From Cyanophora paradoxa CCMP329 (lineage: Eukaryota > Plantae > Glaucophyta): a stretch of 64,000 nt of DNA. Positions 39,901-53,586 of this stretch are shown here, one piece after another. The stretch is taken from the NCBI GenBank assembly GCA_004431415.1, contig QPMI01000066.1, forward strand, positions 310,001 to 374,000. The letters are read 5' to 3'. The position numbers and the translations under genes are program-made. A model generated the notes under the pieces. It made no database searches and had not been told where the DNA came from. It worked only from the letters and a program-made list of their open reading frames with translations. The first letter of the stretch is position 1; every line of letters starts with the position of its first letter.

Positions 39901-40759
39901 ACTCAGTGAGCTAACCCGGCCGCGCCGGTGGCCGCTGAGCGCTCGTGCCGCGAGTCGTGCGGCGCATCAGGCGCGGGCCGCGAGCTGATCGAGGCCACGT
40001 GCACTGGGCTAGCTGCATATACATATAAAGCTCAGCGGCTTCAAGGCTTCCGGCCCAGCGCGACGTCAACGGGGCGGCCGGCGCGGCGCCGCGGGGGCGC
40101 GCTTCCAAGCGTAAGTTCGCGCGCGGGCCGGGCCGCGATCGCACGCGTACACCTAGTCTTGCACCAAGGCCCGCTCGCTCGGCCGGCCCCGGCGATCAGT
40201 GATCATGAGCTTTAGCCGATCGCGATCGGCCCGGCTGTTTGCCGCACGCGACAGCTGCAGCACTGCGCAATTGCAACTTGGCAAGCGGCATATATATGTT
40301 TGCAGCGTGAACGTGTACTTATCATAGTATACAGCCTCGGCCGCGGACGCTGCGATTGTGAATATATATAAATATATATGCGTACATCTGCCGCAGTGCA
40401 ACTTGACCGGTCATCTGCACACGACGTCGACGACGACGTCGACAGCTGCTGCGCACACGTCGAGTGGACAGTCTAACTTTCGCCCCGGACCGGAGTCCCG
40501 GCCGCGGGTCCATCAACATATCGGAGAATATCGGACTCGGTGGACCGTCGCGTCTGACTCGGTGGACCGTCGGCCGCGGCCCGCTGGCCGGCGGATTGCG
40601 CTCGGCGTGCTGACAGCTGCAACTGCGGCGGCCGTGCCGCAGTAGTAAGCGTTCATCAGCTGCAGCTTCGAGGCCCGGGCACGAGTCAGCGAGGCGCCGC
40701 GGCCGCGCGCTTTCTGCGCCGCGGGCCAGAGCAGCTCGTGCATGCGCACGTGGCGGGCA

Positions 40760-43700
40760 ATGTCGACCGACACGTTTCAAGCAGCAGCAGCACACGCAGC
40801 TGTCGCTCGCAAGGTGGGACCGTCCCAATTGCAACCCAGGCCGCGCCGCGCGTCCCAATAAACTTGAAATATTGAATTTTACACGCCACCCTTCGAATTC
40901 CAGTTGAAGCTTCGCGCTCGTCGGCATACGCTTACACATACGAGTGCGCAGAAGAGCGATGTATTTGAGGCGGGAAAGCTGGAGCCGATACAGGCGCGTG
41001 CCCGGCGGTTCATTTCGGACCTGGCAAAGCACGTCTACGTCTGCCAGGAGGGGGACGAGTTCGGCGCAGCGGGCACTTTCTGTCAGAACGCTAATTCCGG
41101 TGCGACGTGCACGTTTGCTGTCTCACGTCATAGTTCAAATTCATAATCAAATTCACGGATATTTTCCAGTTTCCGTCTCGCCATTCTTTTTGGCGGACAA
41201 TGGCGATCGCGACCGCGACCACCACGGCCGGCCGCGGCGGGATACGTACGAGCTCGAGGATGGGCCTTCTTCCGTGTCTTTCTTCGCCGCAACAGTGCGG
41301 AACTGCTTGGCTACTTTAATTTGTTCCTGTCTGGCCATGCTTAGCTACTTTAATTTGTTCCTGTCTGGCCATATGTAACTGGAAATTCGGACTTCAGGTT
41401 CTCGTGGATGTGGTTGGTTCCGTGTCGACGGCCCAGCGCCTGGTTGCCGACGCGGCCGCCGCGGGGGAGGAGGCAGCGGAGGCAGAGCGGCGGGGCGCGG
41501 ACACGCTCTCGCGCTCCCTGAACGCCTGCTTCGGCCTCGTGCTAAAGATCGCCCGCCAGCATGGCGGTTAGCATTGTTTGCTGAATACTTTTTCTGCACG
41601 CAACCGTACGCGTTCGGTTCTCGCTGACTCGCGTTCGTCGGCCGGGACCGCCCAGGCGACTGCATCCAGTTCCTCGGTGCTTCCGCTGCGGTCGCCGTCG
41701 ACCCTCGCAATCAGTCGCCACTGAATCCGAAGCGCTCGCGCTCGCGCTCGGACGCAGGCGACGCGCTCCTCATTCTTGTCTACGCGAAGGACGAAGGCGG
41801 CCTAGGAAACGCCTGCGCCGCTGCCCTCAAAATTGCGGGTCGCCTCCAGACGGCGTGCGTCGGGGGGGAGACCGTGGCGACGGGCTGCAGGTGCGGTTCG
41901 AACTCTGATTTCGAGCTCAGATTTCGCAGTCTGAGCGCGCGATCGCGAGCCGCCGCTGATCCCCGCGCGCGCCGCGCCGTCGACGTCGCAGCCTCCGGCT
42001 GCGCCTGCACGTCGCCGTCTCTGCCGGTCGGTTCGTCGCGCTGCGGCTGCGCACGGAGCAAGCAGCGGCCGAGAAAGGTTCGATCCGCCCCTTCTGTGCA
42101 TTATTGCGTTATTATTTTTATTACTACATGTTCGCGCACTCCCATTAATTATATTGGAATCGCAGGTCAGCTTCCGCGGACGCAGTTGGCTGTCGTCGGG
42201 GCGCCGTTTGCACGGCTCGCCCGCTGCCTGCGCCTCGCAGCCGCCGACGAGTTCTGCGTCAGCCCCGAGGTGACTCGCCGCTTTCATCGGTTTTCAGTCC
42301 AGATCCTTAAGCTCGGCCTTCTGTGGATTGCTTACATTGGCGCGCGCGCGCGCCGGTACGCGCGTAGGTGGCACACCACTTGACCACTCTGGACTACGAG
42401 ACGCGGCTGGTACAGGCGGTCTTCCACGGCGTCGTCGCCCGGCGCTCCCTCGAGGGCTTCGTCGTGTACGGCGTCAGCTCCCCCGGCCCCGCGGCCGTGG
42501 CCATGGCCGGCTCGCGCGGGTCCGACCTCGCGGCCGCGACATCGATGGGCGTCCCCAGCCCGTCCGCTTTCTCGACACCGGCCACCCCCCTTCCTCCCGC
42601 TTCCGCCTCCACCGACCCAGCCGCGGACAAGCCCTCCGACAACGCCTCCACCCGTTCGTTCGGCCTGAAGGGACTCATCGACCGCGCCTTCAGCTTGAAA
42701 TCCACCTCCATGCGCTCCCGCGCCTCCTCCCGGTCGAACAGAGTGGCGGCGGACACGGATGCCGACGACGGCGACGACTCCAGCTCACATGCCCACTCGG
42801 CGGGAGCCAACTCGAGCTTCGGCGCGGCGGGCGTCGCGCCGCCGGATCCGGAGCTACCGCCGGCGGCCGCGAGCGCCAGCCTCCAGGGCCTAGGCCTCTT
42901 CGAGCTCGCGCCGCAGCTCGAGCTCGCCTCCTGCCCGCCCCTCGGCCGCGCCCTCTCCCTCATCCCCGAAGACGTCGCCTCTCACATCCTCCAGGGCGCC
43001 CGGTAAGATTTAGAGCGCCGGACCCTCAAACACGCCTCTAGCTGTACATTTGTATCTCGCATCCGATCGTGGTTCCCGGTCCGTCGGCGCCGCAGATTCC
43101 TCGCCGAGCTGAAGCTCACCACGGTTGCCTTCGTCCACATCGCCGGCGTCGCGTTGCCCAACGACGAAATTGGCACCGAGGACCTATCCCAGGCCCGCCC
43201 GCCCGCCCGCTTGCGCCGCTTCGTGCTTCGTCCGCCACATAGATTGTACATGTAGAGATCTCATATAAACCTTTGCAACATTCGCAAAGATCTCATGGTC
43301 ACATAAACCTGTCTCATATAATGTCCTTATATATAATTATGAGCGCAGGCTTCGGTGGAGCTGCTGCAGCGCAGCGTGGCGATCGTGCAGGACGCCGCGC
43401 AGCGGACGGGCGGCATCCTGCGCAGCTGCTTCAACGACGAGAAGGGCTTCATCGTGCGCGCGCTTCACGCGGCTATATATAATAGAATCTTAGCGTCGTT
43501 TCGTTTTTCAAGCGAGCCGGCGAGCCGCTCCTGACTGCGCGTTCTACTCGGTCCGCAGTGCATGCTCACTTGGGGTCTTCTGGGTCTGAGCCACTCTGGT
43601 GCGTCGTGCGGTCAACGTTTTCGCACGCGATTTCGCGTCCGAAACCTGACCGTGCCCGCCCGGTCCCGTCCCGGGACGCACGCTCGTGGCAGACGACCCG

Positions 43701-46700
43701 CTGCGAGCGTGCACCGCCGCGCTCTCCATCCGCGACGACTTTGCGGCGGGGCACTGTGGGCCGGTCTCCATTGGCGTCGGAACCGGCCGAGTCTTCTGTG
43801 GAGAGGTACGCGCGATTCTTGCACGGGCGCCGGCCTCACCGGAGCTATCCAGTCCGAGCAAATGTTTTGCTTGTAGGTGGGCGATTGTCAACGCGCAGAC
43901 TACTCAGTGCTCGGTGGAGGTGTGTTGTCGTAAAAGCTTAAATGTAACTGCGCATGCGCGCGTGTCGCGCGTGTCGCGCGTGCGTGCAACGCCAACGGGC
44001 GCGCAGCTTAAAGCTTAAATGCAATTAAAGCTTAAATGCAACTGCGCGCGTGTCGCGCGTGTCGCGCGCGTGCGACGCCAACGGGCGCGAATTCGAACGC
44101 GTAGCGTGCAACCTCGCGGCGCGGCTCATGTCGAAGGCGGACGGCGAGGTGTGGGTGGACCAGACGACCCGCGACGCCGTCCACATTCGGGTCCTCTCGC
44201 GGGAAATCAAGCGCCTCCAGCTGAAGGCGAGACGCGGCGGGAGAAGCCGACGCGTCGCGTCGCGATCGCGTCGCGTCGGCCTGACCGCTCGAGCTCGCGC
44301 AGGGATACAAGCGGGGCACGAAGTTCTACCACCTCGTGGGCGTGCGGGACAACCGGGAGGCTGCGAGGTCGGTCGCGCGGCACGCGAAGATTGGGGACCG
44401 GTGCGCTGGCGCCAGGCCGCCAGCGCTCGGCTCAAGCCTTCACTGTCGGCGGTTTTTCGGTCATGACCGATCGTCGCGCAGAATCTCGAGGCCGTCGAGC
44501 ATAGCGAGTATGCAAGTCGAGAGAGACAGGGCAGAGCCGGTGGAGGCGCCCGGCCCTGCCGGGCGGCGGCGCTCGTCTTCCGTGGACGCGTCGGCGGGCA
44601 ATGGCCAGGCGCCGGCCCGGCGCCGCAGCGAGTCGAGCGAGAACCGAAGGGCGAGCGTCCACGGGGCACTCGCGTTTGCGCCGGTGAGTCTCATCGCCTT
44701 GAAATTCGGAAATTCGAAGCCGATGCTCGAGTGCCTGCGCCACAGACGGAGGAGGTCGACGAGATGATCGTGCGGGAGCAGCTGAGGAAAGCGGCGGCGG
44801 AGTCGGAGGCGTACGGGCGCGCGGGGGAGCTCGAGTGGGTCTCCCGCTTCCTCCTGGCGGCCCGCTGCGGCTCCGGCGCCGGCGGCGGGCGCTCCCTTCG
44901 CCACCGAACGGGCGCCGGCGTCCTCTTCGTTGAAGCCGATGTGCGCAATTGCAATCCTCGCCACACAGAAACGAATTTCTTAATTATTACGTTCGATTTC
45001 TGCGCAGGTGGGGATGGGCAAGTCGGTGCTGCTCGCGGAGGCCCTGCGCATGGCCGACGCGGTCAAGCTCCCGTGCGTCATCGTCGAGGCCGACCCGCTC
45101 AACGCGGCGCCCTTCCACGCCGCCTGCGACTCGCTCGTGGCGATCATGCAGCTCGACCAGAGCCTGCTGCTGCAGCAGCAGCAGCACCATCAACAGGCCC
45201 CGACGTCGACCGCGCCGCCGGACGTGGACGGCGCCGGCGCCGGCGCCGTTTCTCCGCCGCCGCACGTGCAGGCCGTGCACGTGGGCGGCGGCTTCGGGAC
45301 GCTCGTCGGCGTCGTCGGCCCCGGGCGGTCGCGGTCGCGGTCGCGATCGCACGACGCGGCCGATCGCGATCGCGACGGGTCGGCGTCCTCGCCGGACGCG
45401 CTCGGCTCCTCTTTCAAGCACTTCAACGTCCTCAACCTCGGCACAGCCGCACACGCGCACGCGCCACACCACGCCCTAGGCCTGGAGATCGGGTCCGCGG
45501 CCTCGTCCCGCCGTGAGTCCACCGGTAGCTTCCATGGCCACGATCTCGGCGACCGCGACGGCCGGGCGGGCGGCGGCGGCGCCCGCCCGCCCCTCAACGC
45601 GGCAAAGCATCTCTTCAGGTGCGCATGTGCATGCATCCGATTCGACCAACCGTGCCCATTGTAACGTTGTCCGGCCGGCCGCGTGCGCAGCTTCTCGTCC
45701 TCCGCCGGCTCGTCCTCCTCGGCCTCGCTGCAGCTGCGCACGCGGAAGGCGCAGGGGGGCGTGGACGCGGAGGCCGTGCGCGCCGCCGTCGTCCCGTTCC
45801 TCGCCGCCCTCGACCCGGGCCTGGCCACTGAGGTGCATGGGCGCCCATGCTCGCAAGGCAGCCTCGCTGCGGCTGCTCGAGCTCTGGATCTGCGTCTTCC
45901 ACATATATATCGATAGATCTCGATATAGATATTGATAGGGCCTGGCCACCGAGGTGGGTGCCCCTAAGGCAGATCTAGATCTGCGTCGTCAAGGTGTTCA
46001 TTCGTCGAGAATATTTAAAGAGCTTGTAGATCTAGATCTACATCTGGATTTACAACTCAAATCGAAATCGAGAGTTGTAACGAAAGGTTGTACAACAATT
46101 AATTTCGTTAACGTTCACAACGCAGGCCAACGTGGCGGTCCTCGTGCGTCTGATCGCGACGCACTACGCGCGGCGCCTCCGGTCGCCGGCCGCCGCCCTC
46201 CACGGCCACGGCCACCGCCTCTCGACAACCGACGCGGTAACCGCTTTCCTTGGCCGTAGCCTCTCCGGCCTCGTGCGCAGATGCAGCTGACGCCGCGCGC
46301 CTCGTTCGAATTCCATGCGCAGACGCCGACTGGCCCGGGCTCGTATTCGTATTCCCCCCTGAGCGTCCCTTCTAGCTATAGGGGCGGCCTCGGCGGCGGC
46401 GGCGCTGGCGGCTTCGGCGGCGGCGGCGGCGGCGCCAGCTACCAGAGCGACGCGACCGGGGCCGAGCTCTTCGTCCTCACTTCGGTTTTCGAGGTTCGAA
46501 TTTGAGAGCAGAGCCTGCGCCTTCGCCAGCCAGCGCTAGCGCTTGCTATAGCCATCCGCCTCGCGATTTAAATTACTGCGATATCGATCGTCAAAACCGC
46601 CGCTAGCGCTGATCGTGATGCCGGCGCCGGCGCGTGCGCGCGCGCAGGCCATCTTGAAGCGCAGCGGCGCCGCGGTCTTCGTGGACGACCTCTTCGCCCT

Positions 46701-49700
46701 CGACGCCCTCTCCCTGACCCTCCTCTGCACCCTCTCCACGATGCCGTGAGCAGCTGTATAAAATAGCGGCGGCGGCGGCGGCGGCGGCGGCCGCTTACGC
46801 TAAGCTCGTCGCTAAGCTAAGAGTTTCGGCGCAGGCACTCGTCCATCTTCGTGACGACGCGGCCCATCCCGCCCTCGAGCGCCCCCGCCGAGTACCGGAA
46901 GATGCGGCAGGGCCCCCGCACCATCGTCCACGAGATCACCCCCTTCGCCCTCCCTGGTGCCCGGCGGCCGCGACCCTGACTTATCGGCCTGGCCATGGCT
47001 GACAGACAGCGCCCTTCAGACGAGGCGCGCGGGTTTGTCGCGTTCCTAATGGGCGTGCCGCCCGCGGGCGTCCCCGCCTGGCTGGCAGAAGAGCTCGCCG
47101 AGAAGGTGCGGAAATTCAAGCGAAATTCGTATCCGAAGGCATCGGGCGCTGCGCCTCTCTTAATCGCGATGCGGAGCGCAGTCCAACGGGAACCCGTTCG
47201 TCCTCTCCGAGTTCGTCGAGTTCCTCGACACGAGCGGCTGGATCACCGTCGCCAACGGCAAGGTGATCGCGATGGATGACCTGCTGAAGTTGACAATTGA
47301 TAATACGTATATATACATATAAAGCACTTGATCCGCCCTGTATCTTGAGTTTATCTTTGATACATATATAAAGCACTTGATACGTATATATACATATAAA
47401 GCACTTGATCCGCCCTAAGTTGACAATTGATAATATAAAGAACTCGATCCGCCTTGTATGTATCTCATATTTCATCCGACAGGTGTTCATGAACCCCGAG
47501 GCCTTCGCGCACATGTCCCGCCGCGGATCGGAGGCGTCCGTTGGCCTGCTCCCGCCCTCCGCCCGCGCGGTGCGCATGGCACCGCGACCGCTCCCCAGCG
47601 CTATTAGCGTTTATTTATTGCGCTCGCGATCGTAGACATAGTTTTTTAGATCGATAAAATGCTGTTAGATGCCCGACCTGTCCCGCCCCCGCGCGCTTCT
47701 CTAGATCTAGAACTCAAGCTTGATTTATGTGCAGGCGGTGTCTTCCGGCGCGGCCGACACCGACATCGGGGGCGAGTACCGCAGCGCGGCGGCGGCCGGC
47801 GACCGCAACGCGATGGACGCACTCTTCGGACCCCGCCTGCCCATCCCCCTCCCCGACAGGTGCGCTCACTAAATCTTTCCTAGGCCTTGATCTTTACTTG
47901 CAATTGGTGGCTTAAGCTGAAGCCTTCCACTTGAGCGACATTTAAAGATCTTCGGAAACCATTCCATCCGCAGCTTCGAGCGGCTCGTCATGTCCCGCCT
48001 GGATCGTCTGAGCGCGCAGCCGGCGCTAGTCGTCAAGCTCCTGAGCGCCCTCGTGCGTGAACCCACCTCACCTGAGCTTCACCTGAGCTTCAGATTTGAT
48101 CCACGGCCAGGGGACGTGCTTCGACTACGGGCTGGCGCTGTACGCGCTGGAGGGCTCGGCCCCCGACGCCGACGTGCCGCACGCCCTGACCGAGATCGAG
48201 AAGCACGGCCTCATCAAGATCGTCAAGCAGGTCCGCCGTCCATGGCCATACACATGCACCAGATTTCGAAGGAGCCCGACTCGTCTAACATTTCGAAATT
48301 CCAACATTTCCGCCGCGCAGGGCAACTCGCTCTTCCACGTGCGGTTCCTCCAGTCCTCCGTCGTCACCCTCCTCTACTCGGTGCCCGCCCCCTTCCCTCC
48401 TTAAATTTTATATATAGGCCGTCTGAGCCTGTCTTTCATACAATTGCAAGGCTATATATAAGCTTCCCTTCCCTCTTAAGCTTCACCTTTTCTTGCGTCG
48501 CGCCCTGACAAGGCCTGCGCCGGGGGCGCCTCGGCAGCTTCTGGGGAAGGACGACCGGGTGCCGGTGCACCTGCGGGCGGCCCTCTACTACGAGCGCACC
48601 TCCGCCCGCCGCTCCGACGTCGCCGCCCGCGTGCGCCTTCGAGCTTCCCCGCCGCATTTTGCCCCGCCCCCGCCATGGACACCGCGGATCAGTCCGGCCG
48701 CTCCGATATCTGCCGCTGCGCCGTCTGCCGCTCCGACATCTGACACGTGCGCATGCGCAGACGGCGCACCACTTCATCGAGGCGGGGATGCCCGACAAGG
48801 CCCTCCCCCACCTCGACGCCTGCGGTGCGTTTTAATTACAAGCGGAGAGATCGACCGAGCCTTGAGGCCTTTTGAAAATAGGAGCACAAGGCTTAGTCTC
48901 CCCTAAAGCTAAAGCTTATAAATTACGCCTCGATGCACGTGCAATCCGATGGCTGAGCTCGAGCGGGCCTGCAGCGGAGGAGGCGCTGCGCATGGGCGCC
49001 TTCGCGGAGGCGCTGAGCCTCGCGCGGCGGGCGATCGGCATCGAGGCCGGAGTCGCGGCCGCGCAGGCGCAGGCGCAGGCGCGGCCGGCGGGCTCGAGCA
49101 CGAGGCGCGGCGGCGGAGGGGCCGAGAACGAGCTCGAGGAGGCGGCGGCCGGCGCGGTCGCCGGCGCGCGGCGGTGGCAGCTGGCCGCCAGCGCGCTGCT
49201 CAACCTCGGTCCGTCTTCAACGTATACGCTAGCGCTCTGCAAAGTCACAGTTCACGTCATTAATAATCTATACTGAAAATTGCGTGCGCGCAGGCATGGT
49301 GGACGACGCCGTACAACATCTGGAGAGATGCGTCGCCCTGCTGAAGGCGCCGGGCATCGCCGGTGGTGCGTTGTACATGGCCCGAAGCTTAAGCGTCGGA
49401 TTTCTAACTCGATCATAATATATGTGTTGGAAAGAGATCGAGTTTGATTTCCTTCATTTTATCTGCTCTGCGGCTGAAGCACGAGAAACGAACAGGGGCC
49501 GGCTCTGGCTTCTCGCTGGGGACGGCGGCGCGCCTCCTCGGCGCCGCCCTCCGCGGCCCCGGCCCCGGTCGCGTGGGCGCCGGGCTCGATCAAGCGGGCT
49601 CGACCGGCGGGCCCGGGGGCGCCTCGTTCCGCGTCGTCGGCGCTGGCGCCGATCGCGACGCGCCGCCGGCGGGGCCGGCGACGGCGCGGCTGCGGCTGAG

Positions 49701-52526
49701 GCGGGAGCGCGGGCTCGTGCTCGGCGCGGCGCTGGCGACCTACTTCCGCTGCCTCATGCAGACGGGCGACACGGCGCGCGCCGTCCACGCCGGTGCTCAC
49801 CTGACTTACGTATACCTGACCTGATCTGATCTGATCTCGGTCTGACTCCTCTCTTTCTCTCCCGCGCGCGCGCGCGCGCGCAGCGGCGGTGCAGTGCGGG
49901 CAGGGTGACGCCCTCAGCGGCTGCGACCCGGGGACCCAAGCAGAGGCGTGCGCCCAAATGTACACCGCGCTCCAGGTCCGCCTAATAGGAACGATGTTTG
50001 ATTCTCATAAGAAGGACGTGAAAAGTAATGATGATTTCGGGCTTATTGATATTTTCATGATCAGATGCATACTAGAAACGCAAACATCTTTTTCTATAAG
50101 AACGACTTGAAAACTAATATATATATAATGATGATTTCGGACCCGTTATCAGATGCTGGGCGTCTCGGCGCGGCGCTCGCGGCCATGGATCGGGAGGGGC
50201 CTGGAGCTCTGCGGGGGCCCCGGCGCCCCCGCGGCCGCCCTCGGCGCCGTCCTCGCCGCCGAGGTGCGCATGCATGCGCACGCGCCCGACCCCAGTACCC
50301 GCTCTTCTCCCTCGGCCGCCCGCCCGCTCACCGCGCGGCGCCGCCAGATCGCGGGGGCGATCGCGCGGGGCGAGCTCGCCGAGGCCGAGCGCCTCTGCCT
50401 CAAGGCCGCCCCCGTGGTCCGTTTGCTCGATCTGATTTGATCTGATTTGAGAGAAAGAGAGATGGGGAGAGGGGGGGAGAGAGAGGTCGTGCGCTTGAGC
50501 TTCACACAGAACAGAAAGCCCGGCGAGCCGCCTCCGCCCCGGGGAGTCCGCCGAGCCGCGCAGCCGCCCGCGGCCCGCCCCGCCCGGCTGCCCGCCCTCT
50601 CCTTTCCTGCGGACAGATCAGAGCTAATGACAGCTCCGCAGCTGAGGCGGCGGAGCGCGTTCCAGGCGCTTGGGGAGGTGCAGTACTACCAGGGGCTCGT
50701 GCGGCAGCTCCGCGGCGACCCCGCAGACGGTCCGCCCGCCCGCCCGCCCGCCCGCGCGCCTCGAGCACCTCGAGATATATGCCTTCTAGAGCGCTCTCGA
50801 CGCTAGAAGACTGCGTACGCTTGCGTGCGGCTGACGTGCGCGGTTTAATTTGGGCGCAGCGGAACGGGTGTTCGAGCGGGCGACGCGCGACGCCCGCCGC
50901 GCCAACAACCGGACCCACTTGTGCGCTCTTGTACTCCTCTTCCTGTCCCGAGTGAAGAAGCCCTTGGCCTCACCTAAGCGCAGCCTGTGGTGCCTCACGG
51001 GCTGGGCGAACGTCCGCCTCTCCCAGGACGCCGCGTGCGCGAACGGAAGTCGATTTGATCCGGATTCGAATTCGATCCGCGCCGTTCCCTCGCTGCCTCT
51101 GATTTGATTTGATTTGATTAGGGATGCCGAGCTCGAGGAGGCGTTGCTCGAGGTCCGACCCCCCCCCCCCCCCCTCCCTTCCCCCTCCCTTCCCCCCCCG
51201 CCCCCCAACAGGCGCAACGAGCGTAATAGGAACTACCCCCGGCTGTCCCCTTCTTCCTCCCCTCCCCTCCCTCTCTCCCCCGCAGCCCGTTTTCCGCGCC
51301 CTCCCCTCCCTCCCTCCCTCCCCACTCCCCCCCCCCCACTCCCCCGCCCCCCCCCCCCCCGCCCCCCTCCACTCGCTGCTCCCTTTCTCCCCATCCCGTA
51401 TACTAATTCGTATACTAATGAGACATTTAGTGTCCCCTCCCCTCCCTCCCTCCATCCCCCCTCCCGCCCCGCCCCGCCCCGTCCATCACCCCTTCGCGCC
51501 CCCTGTCGCAGGCGGACGACCGGGGGCAGTCGGGGCCGATGCCCGCCGCGGAGCTGCTGCACCTGGGGACAGTCGTCGCCCGCCACGCCCTCCTCCAGGG
51601 CAACGTCATCGTGCGCGCGCCAATCTCGCTACGAATGCTATCTTATAATATCTAGGCCTAAGCTTTTTAGTTTGGAGCCTCCGAGCTCGTGCGCCGTATT
51701 ATATCGCAGTGGAATTTCTACGAGCTGAGAGCTGGGGGTTTTCTCATTGTTTTACGTCTGCTTCTTGAACTGGAACCATAATCTAGAGAGCTCACTGAGT
51801 CCCGAGGTCCCGCAGCGTTTATCATAGTATTTTATGAGACTTCGAATTCTGTGCTTCAGGAGCTCAATGCCGAGACGCTTTAAATGACGCAAAGCTAAGT
51901 TACAAATGCGGGCCTTTCGTGCTGCTGACGTGCCGCCCCCCGCGCAGGCGGCGACGGCGGAGGCGCTGGGGGCGGCCGAGGCGCTGGGGCGGCACCAGCG
52001 CGCCCCGCTCGCCGGGCGCCTCGTGCACTGGCCGCTGGCGCTGGGCCCCACGTGCCTCCTCGCCGACACGCTCTGCGCCCTCGTCGCCGCGCACCGAAGG
52101 GAGGAGGAGCGCGCCCGGGAGCTGCTGGAGCGCGCAGTGCCGGGGTACCCCCGCCTCTCCGCATTCGTCGCTGCGACGGCCGCGGCCGGCGGGCGCACCT
52201 CCGAACCCGCGCGGCGCCTCACGTCAGCGCTTAGGGGCGTCGTCGCCGAGCTGAGGGGCGGCGCCCGCCGCGCGGCGGTGCTGCGGGCCCCCGCCGCGTA
52301 CTTCGAGGGGCGCCTCGAGGATCTCTTTGGCGCCCCGCGGCGCGCCCGCGAGCTGTACCGTACGGCCTCGGACGAGGCGGGGCGCTGCGGAATGGCTCTG
52401 TTCGGGGAGCTGGCGCGCGCCCGGGGCGGATTCGAACCCGCGGCCGCGACGTCGTCGTCGCTGCCGAGCGCCGAGCGCCGCCCCTCGCTGACCGTCGACG
52501 TCACCCCTCCGCGCAAGAATGATTAG
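40760..52526 (+). CDS. Soluble adenylate cyclase (ADCY10/sAC)-like protein: two class III cyclase domains + STAND NTPase + TPR-like repeats
   Basis: C1 VLVDVVGS..GADTLSRSLNACFG..HGGDCIQFLGDALL..LRLHVAVSAG; C2 FLAELKLTTVAFV..FNDEKG..SIGVGTGRVFCGEVG..DYSVLGGACNLAARLM; Walker A ADVGMGKS; Walker B VFVDD; SNGNPF; LVMSRLDRLS; AHHFIEAG..AEEALRMGAFAEA. The first exon (ATG 40760) is tentative. Confidence 0.88.
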
Positions 52527-52529
52527 CCT

Positions 52530-53240
52530 GCAGCTGGTAGCTATGTAGTATCGAGCTCCGGGGATCCGGCAGCTCCGGCCTCGGTACCGGTTCCTCTTGC
52601 TGTTTCCCCTCCGGGTCCGGATCTCCCCTCCGGATCTGCGCAACTTGTTCATTAGTTTATTGTAATTATTGTCGAGTTCCTCTTCTAGATCTTTGTTTGG
52701 GGGTCGGCCTTTTATCACAAGGACAGTTTTCACAGGCTCTTCATGCAGTGTAGTCGTTGCGAATCAGATTAGGATTAGAACTGGTTTCCCAGGCTCTGAG
52801 TGTAGTGTACTAGGCACTAGAGTCTTGACACAGGAGTCGCGTTTGCTAAGTACACCCTGCCAGCTGAAGGCTGAATCATTTCCCGGCGCACTTGGAGCAT
52901 CGGATTCATAGGAACCCGACTATCTGGCCCCATTGGTCCTCTGTCGCTCTCAGTTCATTTCTATAGCAGGTGTTCAGCCTGTTTTATCTTGTAAATCCTT
53001 GGTCTTTCGGTTTTTGCGCATGCAGCGAACTACATTGCACTCTTTAAACTTCGTTATGTAACTATCGCTATTGGCCAAACTTCCTGTTTCTATTTCGAAT
53101 TCAGCTTGAATAGTTGCAATTGGCGTCGGCGTCATAACCTTTTTGGAGTTTCGCAACTCGGCAAGACCTTGATCCAGATTTAATAAATACGTATAGGTAG
53201 GGGCACGGGTCGCAGTTTTTGATTTAATTCGGATTGGCAT
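52530..53240 (-). pseudogene. Low-GC, intronless, stop-interrupted reading frame; possible decayed mobile-element or foreign gene fragment
   Basis: The listed ORFs 52974-53240 and 52224-52733 share one frame separated by a few stops; composition is markedly more AT-rich than host exons. Confidence 0.3.
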
Positions 53241-53586
53241 GCACTGATTATATTTCAGGCGTGCGAATCATCGCTGCGTACTCATTTCCTAGTCTCTTCG
53301 TGGGTGTGTTATGTTGTATACGTAAGCGTAAGCTGCACTATTAGTCTCTCGCATTTCTATGGCCAGTGTAAGTGCATATGCATAGTACTAGTCTCGATCG
53401 AAGCGAAGATGAAGGCGTATGCTATGATTATACGCGCACAAGTCTGTACACTCGATCGCGAGCTCCCGGCGCCGAGCTATAGGCTTGCATGTTTGCGGAC
53501 AGGAGGCATTGCAGGTGCGGCCCCGCGGCCGGCACGCGCAGGCCTTGCGCAGCATCGATATCGGCCCCGCCCCGCACCGCCGGCGC

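Noticed and set aside
47287-47460. CRISPR-like repeat array
   Set aside because: These are irregular nested duplications inside a eukaryotic intron with no unique spacers and no cas genes.
52950-52970. U3 snoRNA box A-like TCATTTCTATAG
   Set aside because: No GAC/A' box upstream and no recognisable C', B, C or D boxes downstream.
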